Assembly (NCBI GenBank): GCA_963716205.1
Contig: OY970290.1
Coordinates: 175,417 to 239,416 of the forward strand
DNA length: 64,000 nt
Source of the DNA: an uncultured bacterium
GTDB taxonomy: Bacteria > Patescibacteriota > Minisyncoccia > Phycocordibacterales > GWA1-40-21
Direction: 5' to 3'
Made by a program: the position numbers and the translations under genes. The notes under the pieces are model-generated. The model saw only the letters and a list, made by a program, of their open reading frames with translations. It did no database searches and had not been told where the DNA came from. Of the stretch, positions 50,931 to 62,101 are shown one piece after another; the stretch's first letter is position 1, and each line of letters begins with the position of its first letter.

Positions 50931-51545
50931 ATGCACGAAGCGTACGTCATCAGCACCATAGAACAATTTTCTTACATCGCGATATTTCTTTTTGCGCTCG
51001 GCGCGGGGTATGTTGTTCCGGTTCCGGAAGAAATCATCCTGCTCATCACCGGATACATGGCGAGTAATTACATCATTCATCTCACCCCGGCGATTTTCAT
51101 TGTCATTATTGCGTTTATTATCGGCGATAATATTTTATACCGGCTCACACTTAAAAATAACAAACATGTGACAAAGCTCATCAATGAAGTGCTTTCCATT
51201 AAATTTATCACCAAGCACAAACCATGGTTGGAAAAACACATCAATACGACGATTTTCTTCACGCGCTTCGTGCCATTTCTGCGCTTTGTCGGTCCGGTTT
51301 TTGCCGGATATACCAAGACGAAAGAAAGGACATTTATGATTTTTAATACTTTGGCGATTGCTATTTATGCGCCGTTTGTCATCTGGGTTGGATATTTTTT
51401 TCACAATGATTACACGTTGATTGTAAACAGCATCGGCAGAGTACGGCACGTGATAGTTATTTTTGCATGGATCATTGTCGGGCTTATCATCACCCGCATC
51501 GTGGATTATTTCTTTCAGAAAGATGAAAAAGCAAACAGAAAATAA
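50931..51545 (+). CDS. DedA-family membrane protein
   Basis: PVPEE, GDNILY, RFVPFLR. Confidence 0.9.
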   Translation: MHEAYVISTIEQFSYIAIFLFALGAGYVVPVPEEIILLITGYMASNYIIHLTPAIFIVIIAFIIGDNILYRLTLKNNKHVTKLINEVLSIKFITKHKPWLEKHINTTIFFTRFVPFLRFVGPVFAGYTKTKERTFMIFNTLAIAIYAPFVIWVGYFFHNDYTLIVNSIGRVRHVIVIFAWIIVGLIITRIVDYFFQKDEKANRK

Positions 51546-51548
51546 TTT

Positions 51549-52289
51549 TTACTCTTGTCGGTATGGAGCGGCTTTGATGATATCGATGATTTCATCTTCG
51601 GTATCGACGACGGTGTAAATATTCATGTCTTCTTCGCCGATCGTGCTATTTTCCACAAAAAGTTTCTGTTTGATGACTTTCATGAACGGCATCCAGAATT
51701 CGCTGCCGACGAGAATGACCGGCGTCCGCTCGATTTTATTTGTCTGGATCGAAGTGACAAGGGAAAACAATTCGTCAAACGTTCCGAATCCTCCTGGATA
51801 ATAGACGTAAGCTTCGGCAGCAAAAAATAAAAGCGTTTGGCGATCGAAAAAATATTGGAAATCCGCCGTTTCAGTGACATACGGATTTGTTTTTTGCTCT
51901 TTCGGAAGCTCTATGGTAAAGCCGATGGAAACGCCGCCGGCTTCAAACGCACCTTTATTCGCCGCTTCCATGATTCCCGGACCGCCACCGGTAACGATTG
52001 CGTATTTGAGTTCGGTGACGATTCTTTTTGCGGTTGATTCGGCATGTTTGTAATATTTGCTGTTTTGAGCGAAGCGCGCCGAGCCGAGAATGCTGATCGT
52101 CCGCGGATATTTTTTTATCAGAGCATAGCCGCGATCGAGCTCTGCAAGGGTGATTTTCTCGCGATTTTTAATAACCATTTCCATTTTTGCAATGGTAATG
52201 GGTCCTGCTTCAATATGATTGTCTCGAACAATTTCCCGGTCTTCACTGACTCCCATGTCTTTTTTTGAAAACAAGTTTTTTAATTTCAT
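51549..52289 (-). CDS. LOG-family (TIGR00730-like) phosphoribohydrolase
   Basis: GSAR, TGGGPGIMEAAN, PGGFGTFDE. Confidence 0.92.
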   Translation of the reverse strand: MKLKNLFSKKDMGVSEDREIVRDNHIEAGPITIAKMEMVIKNREKITLAELDRGYALIKKYPRTISILGSARFAQNSKYYKHAESTAKRIVTELKYAIVTGGGPGIMEAANKGAFEAGGVSIGFTIELPKEQKTNPYVTETADFQYFFDRQTLLFFAAEAYVYYPGGFGTFDELFSLVTSIQTNKIERTPVILVGSEFWMPFMKVIKQKLFVENSTIGEEDMNIYTVVDTEDEIIDIIKAAPYRQE

Positions 52290-52395
52290 AAAGGAAAGTA
52301 TAACATATCATATGTGAAAAACGAGCATTGTTATTTTTTTTCGTCTTGGTATAATAGGACGAATATTAGTATTAACAATAATTTAATTTTTAATT

Positions 52396-52911
52396 ATGGA
52401 TAAAAAAACAGGAATTGCTGTCGCCGTTGCGGTCGTCGTCGTACTCATCATATTTGGCGGATACAATTTAATCAGTGGCATGTTTGGTGGAACAAGTGCA
52501 AATAATACCAGCAATATAAATAACGCGAATACTCAAGCTTCCGATACCGGCACGAGTACTCTAAATACAACAACAATGCAAAATCCAACACAATTAGAGA
52601 TACAAGATGTGACAGTGGGAACGGGCACAGAAGCAGTCGCTGGAAATCAGGTTACGGTCAATTACACCGGTGAGCTTACCGATGGAACCGTTTTTGACAG
52701 TTCGCTTAATCCCGGAAGAACCCCGTTTACGTTCACACTTGGCGCGGGACAAGTCATCCAGGGATGGGACGAGGGTGTTGCCGGCATGAAAGTCGGAGGC
52801 AAAAGAATTCTCGTGATTCCGGCATCGCTCGGATATGGAGCTCAAGCAAACGGTCCGATCCCTGCAAATTCCACTTTGATTTTCCAAGTTGAATTGCTGA
52901 GTGTGAAATAA
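52396..52911 (+). CDS. Membrane-anchored FKBP-type PPIase
   Basis: YTG..FDSS..VIQGWDEG..IPANSTLIFQVELL. Confidence 0.95.
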   Translation: MDKKTGIAVAVAVVVVLIIFGGYNLISGMFGGTSANNTSNINNANTQASDTGTSTLNTTTMQNPTQLEIQDVTVGTGTEAVAGNQVTVNYTGELTDGTVFDSSLNPGRTPFTFTLGAGQVIQGWDEGVAGMKVGGKRILVIPASLGYGAQANGPIPANSTLIFQVELLSVK

Positions 52912-52921
52912 AAGCTCGCTC

Positions 52922-53033
52922 GGCGGCGCATTTCAAAAGCACGATAAAATCGCACTCACCAGTGCGATTTTTCTCTGCTCAAAAAATTTCCTACTGAAAA
53001 TTTTTCTTCGCACGTCTTTTGAAATGCGCCGTC
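52922..53033. repeat. Palindromic three-way-junction element
   Basis: GGCGGCGCATTTCAAAAG / CTTTTGAAATGCGCCGTC outer stem; inner AAAATCGCACT-CACC-AGTGCGATTTT and AAATTTC-CTACT-GAAAATTT. Confidence 0.7.
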
Positions 53034-53048
53034 TCGCTCGCGATTTAA

Positions 53049-54293
<1,245 letters not shown>

Positions 54294-54333
54294 AAAAAAG
54301 GTCGCGACGAATGTCGCGACCAGTGGGCAAATG

Positions 54334-54801
54334 TTATAACTGCTGATGTTTGAATGTTTCTTCCACAGCAGAAAAAAACTTCATTTGCTCGTTGAACGGT
54401 AAAAACGCAATGAACATTAATGATTTATCATTGTTTTGAGCAGCTTTCACATGAAGCTTCTCAAGATACGCTTGTTCAAGACATTGGCTAAACGCATCAT
54501 GATTATAAGCTCTTTTGCGTTTTTCAATAAAATCTCGCAGGAATATGAGCTGACCCTTTTCTGACGGAGTATTTCCTGGATAAACGAGATCATACAGATC
54601 AAGACATTCCCATATTTCATTTGCAGTCATTTTCGTGGGAATGACAAATGGTAAAAATAATTTTTCCAGTCGATTCAACTCAATTTTATACAAGCTGTAT
54701 TTTCCTTGATACAGCATTTTTGTTTTTTGTTGGGTTGAATGCCATATTTTTATTGCATTGTACGCGCGCAAAAGCAGTTTTTTCTTCTGATTATTTATCA
54801 C
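54334..54801 (-). CDS. Orphan protein
   Basis: SD AAGGGGG before GTG; hairpin 54300-54321 downstream. Confidence 0.6.
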   Translation of the reverse strand: MINNQKKKLLLRAYNAIKIWHSTQQKTKMLYQGKYSLYKIELNRLEKLFLPFVIPTKMTANEIWECLDLYDLVYPGNTPSEKGQLIFLRDFIEKRKRAYNHDAFSQCLEQAYLEKLHVKAAQNNDKSLMFIAFLPFNEQMKFFSAVEETFKHQQL

Positions 54802-54924
54802 GAGCGTCCCCCTTTACAAAGATCACAAGTATCCTTTTCCACTATCTACAATACCACATAAGTGTTGTCGGTCAATCAAGAAAAATGGCATCACCGCAAG
54901 CGGTGATGCCATGAAAATCATTTC

Positions 54925-55311
54925 TTATTTTGGACCGAAGACTGAACTTTCCATAGCTTGTCCTCTTAAATTCTTCACCCGTTGTCCGGTGAGATTCAAA
55001 TTTTTTGCTTGTTCTTGCACAAATTTTTCAACGTCTGCTCTCTTCCTCGCTTTTTTGGAAAGGGGAGCTTTTTTCTTTTGTCCATTCTGTGACATCAACT
55101 TCCTCATTTTTTTTAATTTCGCGCGACGTTTTCTTGCGACCTCGCGGATAAAAATACTATTTTTTCTCGTCGTTTTTTCAAAAAGATCTTGAAATGTTGA
55201 TTTAAATCCTGTCAGATTTTGACTGATGCTTTCTGGATTCTCGAGATTAACATTAAACCTTTTTTCATACCTTCTGCTTGTCAATCTCGCCATATCTAAA
55301 TTCATTGTCAT
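54925..55311 (-). CDS. Basic orphan protein
   Basis: SD GGAG; hairpin ATGGCATCACCG/CGGTGATGCCAT downstream. Confidence 0.6.
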   Translation of the reverse strand: MTMNLDMARLTSRRYEKRFNVNLENPESISQNLTGFKSTFQDLFEKTTRKNSIFIREVARKRRAKLKKMRKLMSQNGQKKKAPLSKKARKRADVEKFVQEQAKNLNLTGQRVKNLRGQAMESSVFGPK

Positions 55312-55384
55312 GATTTTTCTCCAAGGAACGAAATTTTCAAAAAGCTTGAACTTCTATTCGAAATGCTACATAATCACGGAGTAA

Positions 55385-57424
55385 ATGTCAAAATTCAATC
55401 TCAAAGCACAATACGCCCCAGCAGGCGACCAGCCGCAAGCCATCAAAGAGCTTGTGGAAGGCATCAATAAAGATCTGAAAAAACAGACGCTTTTTGGCGC
55501 TACTGGCACGGGAAAGACATTCACTATTGCCAATGTTATCAATCAAATCCAAAAGCCGACCTTGGTCATCGCCCACAACAAAACGCTCGCTGCCCAGCTC
55601 GCCCAGGAATACAAAGAATTTTTTCCCGACAATGCCGTGCATTATTTCGTCTCATACTACGACTACTATCAGCCGGAGGCGTACATGCCGATCACCGACA
55701 CATATATAGAGAAGGAAGCGATGATCAACGAAGAGATTGACCGGCTTCGCCATGCTTCGACTCAAGCGCTTTTGACGAGAAAAGATGTCATCATCGTCGC
55801 ATCAGTTTCCTGCATCTACGGCTTGGGCAATCCGGAGGAATATGAAAAAGTGAATATCAAATTGGTGAAAGGTGAAAAAACCACTCGCCAAGAATTGATC
55901 AAGAAATTGATCCATGTGCATTTTGAACGGACGAATTCCGATATCAAGACAGGCACATTCCGCGCCATCGGCAACGCCATCGAAGTTATGCCGGTCAATG
56001 AAAAGATTCTCATCCGCATTGATATGGAAGATGATTCCATAAAAAATATTTCCCGCATCGATTCCGTTTCCCGCAAGCTTGTCGAGGAAGATATCAAAAC
56101 CATTTTTATTTTCCCGGCGAAACATTTCATCACCGATGCCGACCAGCAAAAGCGGGCGATAGAAAGTATTAAATTTGAATTAGAGGAACGCGTGGCAGAA
56201 TTGAAAAAAGACGGCAAGATGATTGAAGCAGAAAGACTGCGCCGACGCACTACGCACGATCTTTCGCTCATTCGTGAAGTCGGCTATTGCAATGGTATTG
56301 AAAATTATTCCCGCCACTTTTCCGGCAAAGCTGCAGGCGAAGCGCCGGATTCGCTTCTCGAATATTTCCCGAGAAAGGCGGACGGCACGCCGGATTTCCT
56401 CACCGTCATCGACGAGTCGCATGTGACCATCTCCCAGCTCAAAGGCATGTATGCCGGCGATGCTTCGCGCAAAAAAACTTTGATTGATTACGGTTTCCGT
56501 CTGCCATCTGCTCGGGACAACAGACCGCTCAAGTTTGACGAATTCGGCAAAAGGATAAATCAAGTCATTTATACGACCGCCACGCCCGGGGATTATGAAA
56601 AAGAAAATTCAGAAAAAATTGTGGAGCAGATTATCCGCCCGACGGGTCTCATCGATCCGATCGTAGATATCAAGCCGATCACCGAGGTCAAAGGCAAAAA
56701 CAAATCCCAAGTCTATGACTTCATCGACGAAGCGGAAAAAGTAGTAAAAAACGGCGGACGCGTCATCGCCACGACACTGACCAAAAAGATGGCGGAGGAT
56801 TTGAGCGCATATTTGAAAGAAAAAGGTGTGAAGGCGGAATATTTGCACAGTGAGATCAAAACCATCGACCGCATTGATATTCTGACCAATTTCCGCAAAG
56901 GTAAGTTTGACTGTCTCGTCGGCGTGAACCTTTTGCGTGAAGGACTTGATTTGCCCGAAGTAGAATTCATCGGCATACTTGATGCGGACAAAGAAGGTTT
57001 CCTGCGCTCGGATACTTCGCTCATCCAGACTATCGGCAGGGCAGCGAGAAATATTGCCGGGCGCGTGGTGCTCTATGCGGACAGGATGACGGGCTCGATG
57101 GAGCGGGCGATCGAGGAGACCAACAGGCGCCGCGAAAAGCAGCTTGCGTATAATAAAAAGCACGGCATCACGCCAAAGACGATCGTCAAAAAGATCCACG
57201 ACATCACGGAGCATATGCGCAGCGACCACGACAAAGCGGTGGCAGAACTCGTGCGCATCGATGAGCAAATGATCGCGAAATCTCCGGCGAAATTGATCAA
57301 GCAAAAAGAGATCCAAATGAACGCCGCAGTGAAAATGCTGGATTTTGAATCCGCCGCAATTTTGCGCGATGAGATCAAGATTTTGAAGGAGAGGACGGGG
57401 AAGAAGGATATTAAGAAAAAATAA
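55385..57424 (+). CDS. uvrB: Excinuclease ABC subunit B
   Basis: GATGTGKT, SYYDYYQPEAY, DESH, NLLREGLD, QTIGRAAR, C-terminal UVR motif. Confidence 0.98.
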   Translation: MSKFNLKAQYAPAGDQPQAIKELVEGINKDLKKQTLFGATGTGKTFTIANVINQIQKPTLVIAHNKTLAAQLAQEYKEFFPDNAVHYFVSYYDYYQPEAYMPITDTYIEKEAMINEEIDRLRHASTQALLTRKDVIIVASVSCIYGLGNPEEYEKVNIKLVKGEKTTRQELIKKLIHVHFERTNSDIKTGTFRAIGNAIEVMPVNEKILIRIDMEDDSIKNISRIDSVSRKLVEEDIKTIFIFPAKHFITDADQQKRAIESIKFELEERVAELKKDGKMIEAERLRRRTTHDLSLIREVGYCNGIENYSRHFSGKAAGEAPDSLLEYFPRKADGTPDFLTVIDESHVTISQLKGMYAGDASRKKTLIDYGFRLPSARDNRPLKFDEFGKRINQVIYTTATPGDYEKENSEKIVEQIIRPTGLIDPIVDIKPITEVKGKNKSQVYDFIDEAEKVVKNGGRVIATTLTKKMAEDLSAYLKEKGVKAEYLHSEIKTIDRIDILTNFRKGKFDCLVGVNLLREGLDLPEVEFIGILDADKEGFLRSDTSLIQTIGRAARNIAGRVVLYADRMTGSMERAIEETNRRREKQLAYNKKHGITPKTIVKKIHDITEHMRSDHDKAVAELVRIDEQMIAKSPAKLIKQKEIQMNAAVKMLDFESAAILRDEIKILKERTGKKDIKKK

Positions 57425-57425
57425 T

Positions 57426-57863
57426 ATGGATATTTTTGAACGAATTAAAGAATTAAATCTTCCAAAAGGTGAATACATGATATGCGGAAGCGCAATCCTC
57501 GCAGTTCTTGGTATCCGTGAAGCAAAAGACATTGATATTTTGGTATCACCAAAACTTTTTGAAGAATTAGAAAATAAACATGGATGGTTCAGGCATCCGA
57601 AATACAATGACTCTCTTGAACATCCGGAACATATTGCTGGAGCAAAAGCAAACTTGGATTTTATGAAAGAAAATTATACTCTCGATGAAGCACTTTCTCA
57701 GGCGGAAGTAATAAATGATATTCCTTTTATGAATCTTCAAGTGCTCGTGGAAGCAAAAAAACAGCTTGGTAGAGAAAAGGATTTAAAGGATATCGAATTG
57801 ATAGAAAAATTTTTGAAGGAGAGGGTGGAAAAAGGAGAGAAAAAAGTTATTAAGAAAAAATAA
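57426..57863 (+). CDS. Small pol-beta-type nucleotidyltransferase-fold protein
   Basis: ICGSAIL..R..KDIDILV and K..GREKDLKDI. Confidence 0.75.
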   Translation: MDIFERIKELNLPKGEYMICGSAILAVLGIREAKDIDILVSPKLFEELENKHGWFRHPKYNDSLEHPEHIAGAKANLDFMKENYTLDEALSQAEVINDIPFMNLQVLVEAKKQLGREKDLKDIELIEKFLKERVEKGEKKVIKKK

Positions 57864-57869
57864 TATGGA
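57848..57869 (+). repeat. 22-bp direct repeat of the uvrB stop region (first copy 57409-57430)
   Basis: TATTAAGAAAAAATAATATGGA occurs twice; TTTTGAAGGAGAGG also at 57381 and 57811. Confidence 0.85.
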
Positions 57870-58542
57870 ATACACAAAACCTTATATAGATAGAGTTTTG
57901 CGAATATTTATAAGTTACTCTTCGAATGACAAGGTTTTGGCGGGTGATTTAAAAGCTGATTTAGATACATATGGTTTCGATACTTTTCTTGCACACGAAG
58001 ATATTGATTTTGCCACTGATTGGGAGAAACAAATACTTCGAGAACTAAAAAGTTGTGATATATTTATTCCAATTCTCTCTGAATCTTTTAAAGAGTCTGA
58101 TTGGGCTTCTCAGGAAATAGGAATTGCAATTGAACTTCAAAAAAAGATTTTACCTTTAAGTCATGGAATTGATCCATACGGATTTATTCGTGGGATTCAA
58201 GCAATGCGAATTGGGGGTAAGGGCAAATATCAATATATTTTTCAAGTTACTAATGAAATTGTTAATCATCTTAAAAATGATGAAAAATATCTGAAGGATT
58301 TAACTGATACCGTAATCAGAGAATTTGTAAATTCTGGTAGCTTCGATTCTGCAAATATTAGAGCAAAAATTTTAAAAACATTTAATGTGTTTAATGAAAA
58401 TCAGGCAACTGAAATAGCCAGGGGATATTTAATGAACTCTCAAATCAGGGGAGGTTTTGATTCTAAAGCTACAGCAGAAAAAATAATTAATGATAACAGA
58501 ACTAAAATTAATCGTGAAATATTAAAGGAGATTAATTTATAA
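57865..58542 (+). CDS. TIR-domain protein
   Basis: IFISYSS.D..W..I...LKSCDIFIPILS..S.W..QEIG..KILPL; catalytic Glu present. Confidence 0.88.
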   Translation: MEYTKPYIDRVLRIFISYSSNDKVLAGDLKADLDTYGFDTFLAHEDIDFATDWEKQILRELKSCDIFIPILSESFKESDWASQEIGIAIELQKKILPLSHGIDPYGFIRGIQAMRIGGKGKYQYIFQVTNEIVNHLKNDEKYLKDLTDTVIREFVNSGSFDSANIRAKILKTFNVFNENQATEIARGYLMNSQIRGGFDSKATAEKIINDNRTKINREILKEINL

Positions 58543-58625
58543 TTTACTAGACTTTTTCTAATTTTGTGATATAGTTTGTGGGAAGCAGTTCTATATCATC
58601 GCGGATGCGAGAAAGGAAACAATCC

Positions 58626-58856
58626 TTGAGCCAAAGGAATAAACCGGAAGTGAAGAAAAAACCCTGGTTGTGCGGCGGAAAAAGAAAACTCGATACCAAA
58701 GAGCAGGCGGAAACACGAGCGCACTTTCTTGAGGAATCATCTCGTAAAGATGGCAAGAAAGTTTTTTACAAAGTTAAACCTTGCGAAAAGTGCGAAGGAT
58801 GGCATGTTCTGCTGGATCGTCAAGCAGTGGCAGTTGCTGTGCGAGCAATCGCCTGA
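58626..58856 (+). CDS. Small putative Zn-finger orphan
   Basis: C..K..A..CEKCEGWH; SD AAGGA before TTG (start uncertain). Confidence 0.55.
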   Translation: MSQRNKPEVKKKPWLCGGKRKLDTKEQAETRAHFLEESSRKDGKKVFYKVKPCEKCEGWHVLLDRQAVAVAVRAIA

Positions 58857-58980
58857 AGTTAGTTCACGTTTACCAAAACCCGTTCTCATTTCAGAGGCGG
58901 GTTTTTTATTTGCCAAAATCTCAAACTCGGCGTAGTATTTAGGCAGAAGCAAAATTGAAATCCATCCCAAGGAGACAGTG

Positions 58981-59318
58981 ATGAAAAAGTCATTCATGGC
59001 ATTCTTGTTGTATGTCGTTACGCTCATCAGAAATTTCTCAAACAAAGCGGGCTCACCTGTATTTTCAAACGGAAGCACAAGTTTGCTTCCATCGAAGTTG
59101 ATGCGCATCATCTGGATGCCCGGTGCGAATTATGTCGCACAGAACTCCGTGATGCAAAATCTTCGGCCGAATATAGGCGTTTGTTTCAAATAATGAGTAT
59201 GACGATATCAAAGGATGGCTATGCCGCCGATGTTGTTTTTAGGACAGGTAGCGGTGTTCATTCAGTTCACGTCATGACGCACAAAGCCATGAAGCGAATG
59301 CTTGGACAAGATGAATAA
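58981..59318 (+). CDS. Orphan: 70-aa ORF plus a 41-aa ORF overlapping at TAATG, possibly one frameshifted gene
   Basis: SD AAGGAG; stop at 59193 overlaps ATG of MSMTISKDGYAADVVFRTG..; hairpin 59340-59372. Confidence 0.4.
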
Positions 59319-59449
59319 GAAAGTTGCCAATTTTCGGCAAAAAGCATCGACCTTCGGGTACGGTGCTTTTTTATTTGCCAAACTCTGAAATGAAGTATAA
59401 TATGCTCGTATACAACCCCTAGCGGCAAGCGAGGGGCGATTAATGTTAT

Positions 59450-62056
59450 ATGACACCACAAAAACCAACAAAAACAGGCTTCAATGAAGAAGCGAAAGAG
59501 ATCATCGTCAAAGGCGCGCGGACGCACAATCTGCGTGATATTACCGTGCACATGCCGCGCAATAAAATGATCGCGGTGACGGGCTTGTCCGGAAGCGGCA
59601 AGTCATCTTTTGCTTTTGATACGATCTTTGCGGAAGGGCAGAGACGATACGTGGAGTCACTTTCTTCATACGCAAGGCAATTCCTCCATCAGATGCAGAA
59701 GCCGGATGTGGACGAGATCATCGGACTTTCACCCGCGATCGCCATCGACCAAAAGTCGCGTTCCAACAATCCTCGCTCAACGGTCGCGACCATCACTGAG
59801 ATCTATGACTATTTGAGAATTCTCTATGCGCGTATCGGCAGGCCGCATTGTTTGGTGTGCAATCGAGAGATCAAGAAATTATCGAAAGAAGAAATTCTCG
59901 AGACGATCATTCATACGGTGACTCATTTAAAACAAGCAAAAAATTCCAAAGAAATTCTCGGCGTGGAAGTGAGCAATGACAAAGTGAAGATATTTTCTCC
60001 GGTCATCGTGGGACGAAAAGGGGAATACTATCAATTACTCTATGATCTTTTGGAAAAAGGATATGAGACGGTCAAAGTGGACGGCGAGCTGAAGAAATTG
60101 AGGAATCAGATCGTTCTTGCAAAAAATAAAGCGCACGATATCGATGTGCTCGTGGACGAATTTTATATTTCAGAATTCAAGGAGAAAAAATCCGGAATAA
60201 AGGAGCGATTGAGCGATGCAGTGGAAAAAGCAATCGAAGAATCAAAAGGTTTATTGAAAATCGAGACGCCCGAAGAGACGAAAATGATATCGGTGAAATT
60301 CATGTGCCCGTACGACGGATATTCGTATCCGGAGATTGAACCGCGGCTTTTCTCTTTCAATTCTCCGTATGGCGCTTGTCCTGAATGTCACGGACTCGGT
60401 ACAAAAGATTTCTGGACGGACGAGGTCTGCGATATGTGCCATGGAAAAAGATTGCGCGAGGAAGCATTGCATGTTTTGATTGGAGGAATAAACATTGTGG
60501 ACTACACGGTAAAGTCCATCACTGATGCGAAAATTTTCCTCGAAGGCGTGAAATTGACCGAGACTGAAATGGAGATCTGCAAAGTCATCTTGAAAGAGAT
60601 CGATGCGCGGCTGCGTTTTATGAGCGATGTCGGTATTGAATATCTTTCACTCGACAGACGGGCAAATACACTCTCGGGCGGAGAAGCACAACGTATTCGC
60701 CTGGCTAGTCAGCTCGGAAGCGGACTCGTCGGTGCGCTTTATGTGCTCGATGAGCCGACGATTGGTTTGCATCAAAGGGACAATGACAAACTCATAAAAA
60801 CATTGATAAATCTGCGTGATTTGGGAAATACCATTCTCGTCGTCGAGCATGACGAAGATACGATGTATGCATCGGACTATATCGTAGACATCGGTCCGGG
60901 CGCAGGAGTACACGGCGGCAAAGTTGTCGTTTCCGGCTGGCTCGATGAACTTTTGACTGCAAAGACGAACAAAAGTGGTTCGGTGACGCTTGATTATTTG
61001 CGCGGAGATCTGCAAGTGGAAATTCCGAAAAAAAGACGAGACCAGGACAAAGGCAAGCTGAAAGTGCGCGGCGGGAAGATTTTCAATATCAAAAATATGG
61101 ACGTGGATGTGCCGCTCGGCAAGCTCGTGATGATCACCGGCGTTTCTGGCTCGGGCAAATCTTCATTTGTGTATGAGATCCTTTACAAAAATCTGCAGGC
61201 GCGGCTTGAGCGCAAATATCGCTCGGCGAATATTTATAATTGCGGATCTTTTACCGGATCGGAATATGTTTCGCGCACGATCATGATCGACCAGTCGCCG
61301 ATCGGCAGGACTCCGCGCTCAAACCCGGCGACGTATATCGGCGCGTGGACATTCATCCGCGACATGTTTGCAACGACGGTGATGGCACGAGAAAGAGGAT
61401 GGAAATCAAACAGATTTTCATTCAATGTCAAAGGCGGCAGATGTGAGAACTGCGAAGGCAACGGCATGATCGAAGTGGAAATGCATTTCTTGCCGACGGT
61501 CTATGTGCCGTGCGATGTCTGTCATGGAAAAAGATTTACCAAAGAAACTTTGGAAGTGAAATATAAAGGCAAAAATATTCACGAAATATTGGAAATGACT
61601 GCGGAGGAAGCCCAGGAATTTTTTGCCGACTTGCCGGCAGTATATGATCGCATTAAATGTTTGAATGAAGTCGGTTTGGGATATCTGACCCTTGGTCAAT
61701 CTGCGACAACTTTGTCCGGTGGAGAAGCACAGCGCGTGAAAATTGCTTCGGAACTCTATCGTCCCGGTTTGCACAAGACCATTTACTTTTTGGATGAGCC
61801 GACGATAGGTCTACATTATGAAGATGTCAAAAAGTTGATCGAGATCTTGCAGAAGCTCGTGAATAACGGCAACACGGTCGTAGTCATCGAGCACAACATG
61901 GACATCATCAAATCCTCTGACTATATTATTGATATTGGTCCGGAAGGTGGGGACAAAGGCGGACAGATTGTTGCACGCGGCACGCCGGAAGACGTGGCAA
62001 TGAATGAAAAAAGCTATACGGGAAAATATTTGAAAAGGGTTTTGAAGAAGAAATAA
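59450..62056 (+). CDS. uvrA: Excinuclease ABC subunit A
   Basis: GLSGSGKSS, EGQRRYVES, two LSGGEAQR motifs, Zn fingers. Confidence 0.98.
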   Translation: MTPQKPTKTGFNEEAKEIIVKGARTHNLRDITVHMPRNKMIAVTGLSGSGKSSFAFDTIFAEGQRRYVESLSSYARQFLHQMQKPDVDEIIGLSPAIAIDQKSRSNNPRSTVATITEIYDYLRILYARIGRPHCLVCNREIKKLSKEEILETIIHTVTHLKQAKNSKEILGVEVSNDKVKIFSPVIVGRKGEYYQLLYDLLEKGYETVKVDGELKKLRNQIVLAKNKAHDIDVLVDEFYISEFKEKKSGIKERLSDAVEKAIEESKGLLKIETPEETKMISVKFMCPYDGYSYPEIEPRLFSFNSPYGACPECHGLGTKDFWTDEVCDMCHGKRLREEALHVLIGGINIVDYTVKSITDAKIFLEGVKLTETEMEICKVILKEIDARLRFMSDVGIEYLSLDRRANTLSGGEAQRIRLASQLGSGLVGALYVLDEPTIGLHQRDNDKLIKTLINLRDLGNTILVVEHDEDTMYASDYIVDIGPGAGVHGGKVVVSGWLDELLTAKTNKSGSVTLDYLRGDLQVEIPKKRRDQDKGKLKVRGGKIFNIKNMDVDVPLGKLVMITGVSGSGKSSFVYEILYKNLQARLERKYRSANIYNCGSFTGSEYVSRTIMIDQSPIGRTPRSNPATYIGAWTFIRDMFATTVMARERGWKSNRFSFNVKGGRCENCEGNGMIEVEMHFLPTVYVPCDVCHGKRFTKETLEVKYKGKNIHEILEMTAEEAQEFFADLPAVYDRIKCLNEVGLGYLTLGQSATTLSGGEAQRVKIASELYRPGLHKTIYFLDEPTIGLHYEDVKKLIEILQKLVNNGNTVVVIEHNMDIIKSSDYIIDIGPEGGDKGGQIVARGTPEDVAMNEKSYTGKYLKRVLKKK

Positions 62057-62101
62057 AAAAAGCCCAGAACCTTGCGGTTCCGGGCATGTATTGATGGTTT
62101 A

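Noticed and set aside
56609-57607. Long antisense ORFs (e.g. 56609-57607, 7411-8142, 31605-32333, 49039-49809)
   Set aside because: They are shadows of well-supported genes on the opposite strand and have no motifs or start signals.
57426-58542. Calling the NTase-TIR pair CBASS or Thoeris
   Set aside because: At 145 aa the NTase is far smaller than CD-NTases, and there is no SAVED, STING or ThsA partner.
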